A DNA stretch of 64,000 nt, taken from the NCBI RefSeq assembly GCF_018977255.1, contig NW_024704743.1, positions 33,420,001 to 33,484,000 on the forward strand, in the 5' to 3' direction. The translations under genes were made by a program, and so were the position numbers. Below the pieces are notes generated by a model that made no database searches, was not told where the DNA came from, and saw only the letters and a list, made by a program, of their open reading frames with translations. Shown here in pieces: positions 62,715 to 64,000 of this stretch; position 1 is the first letter of the stretch, and each line of letters starts with the position of its first letter. Source of the stretch: Callorhinchus milii (taxonomy: Eukaryota).

Positions 62715-62866
62715 CCTTAGCGTAGCTGTTAGGCTCTTGCCTCGCAAATGAGAGGCCCCGGGTTTGATTCCCGGACTTGGCAAAGCCTTAGGCAGGTTTC
62801 CTTACTCCACAGGCCTCTATTTACCTAGCAGTAAGTAGGAACCCGGTTATCAGTCGATTGGCGGAT
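62715..62866 (+). mobile_element. SINE2-1_CM-like 5' half (long form)
   Basis: GGGTTTGATTCCCGG B box and TTTACCTAGCAGTAAGTAGGAACC segment. Confidence 0.75.
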
Positions 62867-63520
62867 TGCTCCACCTTGCTAAGCCAGTCCGGAACTTTGG
62901 GGTCTTGTTTGACCCTCAACTATCCTTTCTACCCCACATCTGCGCCATGACTTGCTCTGCCTTCCCCCACCTCCGCACCGCCACCTGGCTCCGCCACTGT
63001 CTCACACCACAGGCCATCGAAACCCTCATACACGCTTTCATTACCTCAAGGCTTGACTATACAAATTCACTGCTTGTGGGCCCCCCAACTCCTCCATCCA
63101 CAGGCTGCAGATCATCCAGAACTCTGCAGCCCATAACCTCTTCCGCACTAGGCTCCGCGACCCTATCACCCCCATCCTTGCCCAACTCGACTGGCTTCCC
63201 ATCACCCAGAGGATACAGTTCAAGATCCTGGTCCTCACCTTCAAAGCCCTCCATGGTCTTGCTTCCCCCTACTACTGCGACCTCCTAAACCCCTACCATC
63301 CTGTTCCATCCCTCTGCTCAGCAGGTTCCGGTCTGCTTAGATTCCCCCACTATTGGCGGGCGGGCCTTCTGCCACTCTGCCCCCACTCTCTGGAACTCCA
63401 TCCTGCAGTCCCTCCCCCTCGGCCCCTCCCTTACACCTTCAAGACCCATCTCAAGACCCTCCTATTCAACTGTGCTTTCGATCTGCCTGCTTTCCCCCTT
63501 GCCCTCCACCCTCCTCCACC
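62867..63520 (+). mobile_element. L2 LINE ORF2 C-terminal fragment
   Basis: PVRNFGVLFDPQLSFLPHI...ETLIHAFITSRLDYTNSLLVG in ORF 62866-63288. Confidence 0.9.
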
Positions 63521-64000
63521 CTGATAAGGTGCCATATCAAATCCAAGGATTCTTCTCATTATAGCACATATTATTATGATTAGTTATTATTACAAAGTAG
63601 TGGTGGACAGGGAGAAGGGCAATAAGAGATTTAAAGATGTTGGACAAAACGATTCGGTCAGTAAAATATAGGCAGAGAGAGATAGCATGGAAAAGTGGTT
63701 TTGGAAAAGAAATCAGAGATCTGAGGACTCAGCTACCAAGGTTGGAGTGAAGGAAGTGGGGAGGATGCAGTAAACCAGAATTGGAGGAGTGGTACATGCA
63801 GCCTGGAATGTAGGTCTGATAAAGATTTCACACATACGATAGGGAATATTTATGAGGGGTGTGAAGACCAGGAGAATCTTAAACTTAAATTTATACTGAG
63901 TCACAAAGTGGGGGAGGAGGCTGAAAGGTCTTACCTCTTACCCTCTCCCCACAGTCCACTTTCATTTCCACATGTCTCAATACTCCAAAATGAGTGTGAG

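Noticed and set aside
1..64000. CRISPR array or prokaryotic/viral system
   Set aside because: Recurrent motifs are dispersed SINE/LINE ends with irregular spacing. There are no long intact ORFs or operon structure.

Overview
Vertebrate nuclear DNA, very probably a cartilaginous fish. The tRNA-headed SINE with an (ATT)n tail, Deu-domain SINEs and CR1/L2 LINEs resemble Callorhinchus milii-type repeats; this is an inference from repeat content. The window is intronic/intergenic and repeat-dense, and nearly all listed ORFs are LINE fragments or chance ORFs. The firm genes are two minus-strand tRNA-Cys(GCA) genes (26405-26476, 29771-29842). The first lies in a ~190 bp duplicated cassette that splits a CR1 relic. 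It differs from the second copy by one base, which creates a G3:U70 pair, the alanyl-tRNA synthetase identity element, so it is a candidate Cys-to-Ala mistranslating tRNA. A possible 3' end of an unidentified plus-strand gene (586-611 joined to 5415-5473, then a repeat-free UTR) is weakly supported. Also seen: hairpins, unclassified repeat families, SINE/L2 chimeras and repeat-free blocks that may be regulatory. Repeat boundaries are approximate and family names come from recalled consensus features, not from searches.
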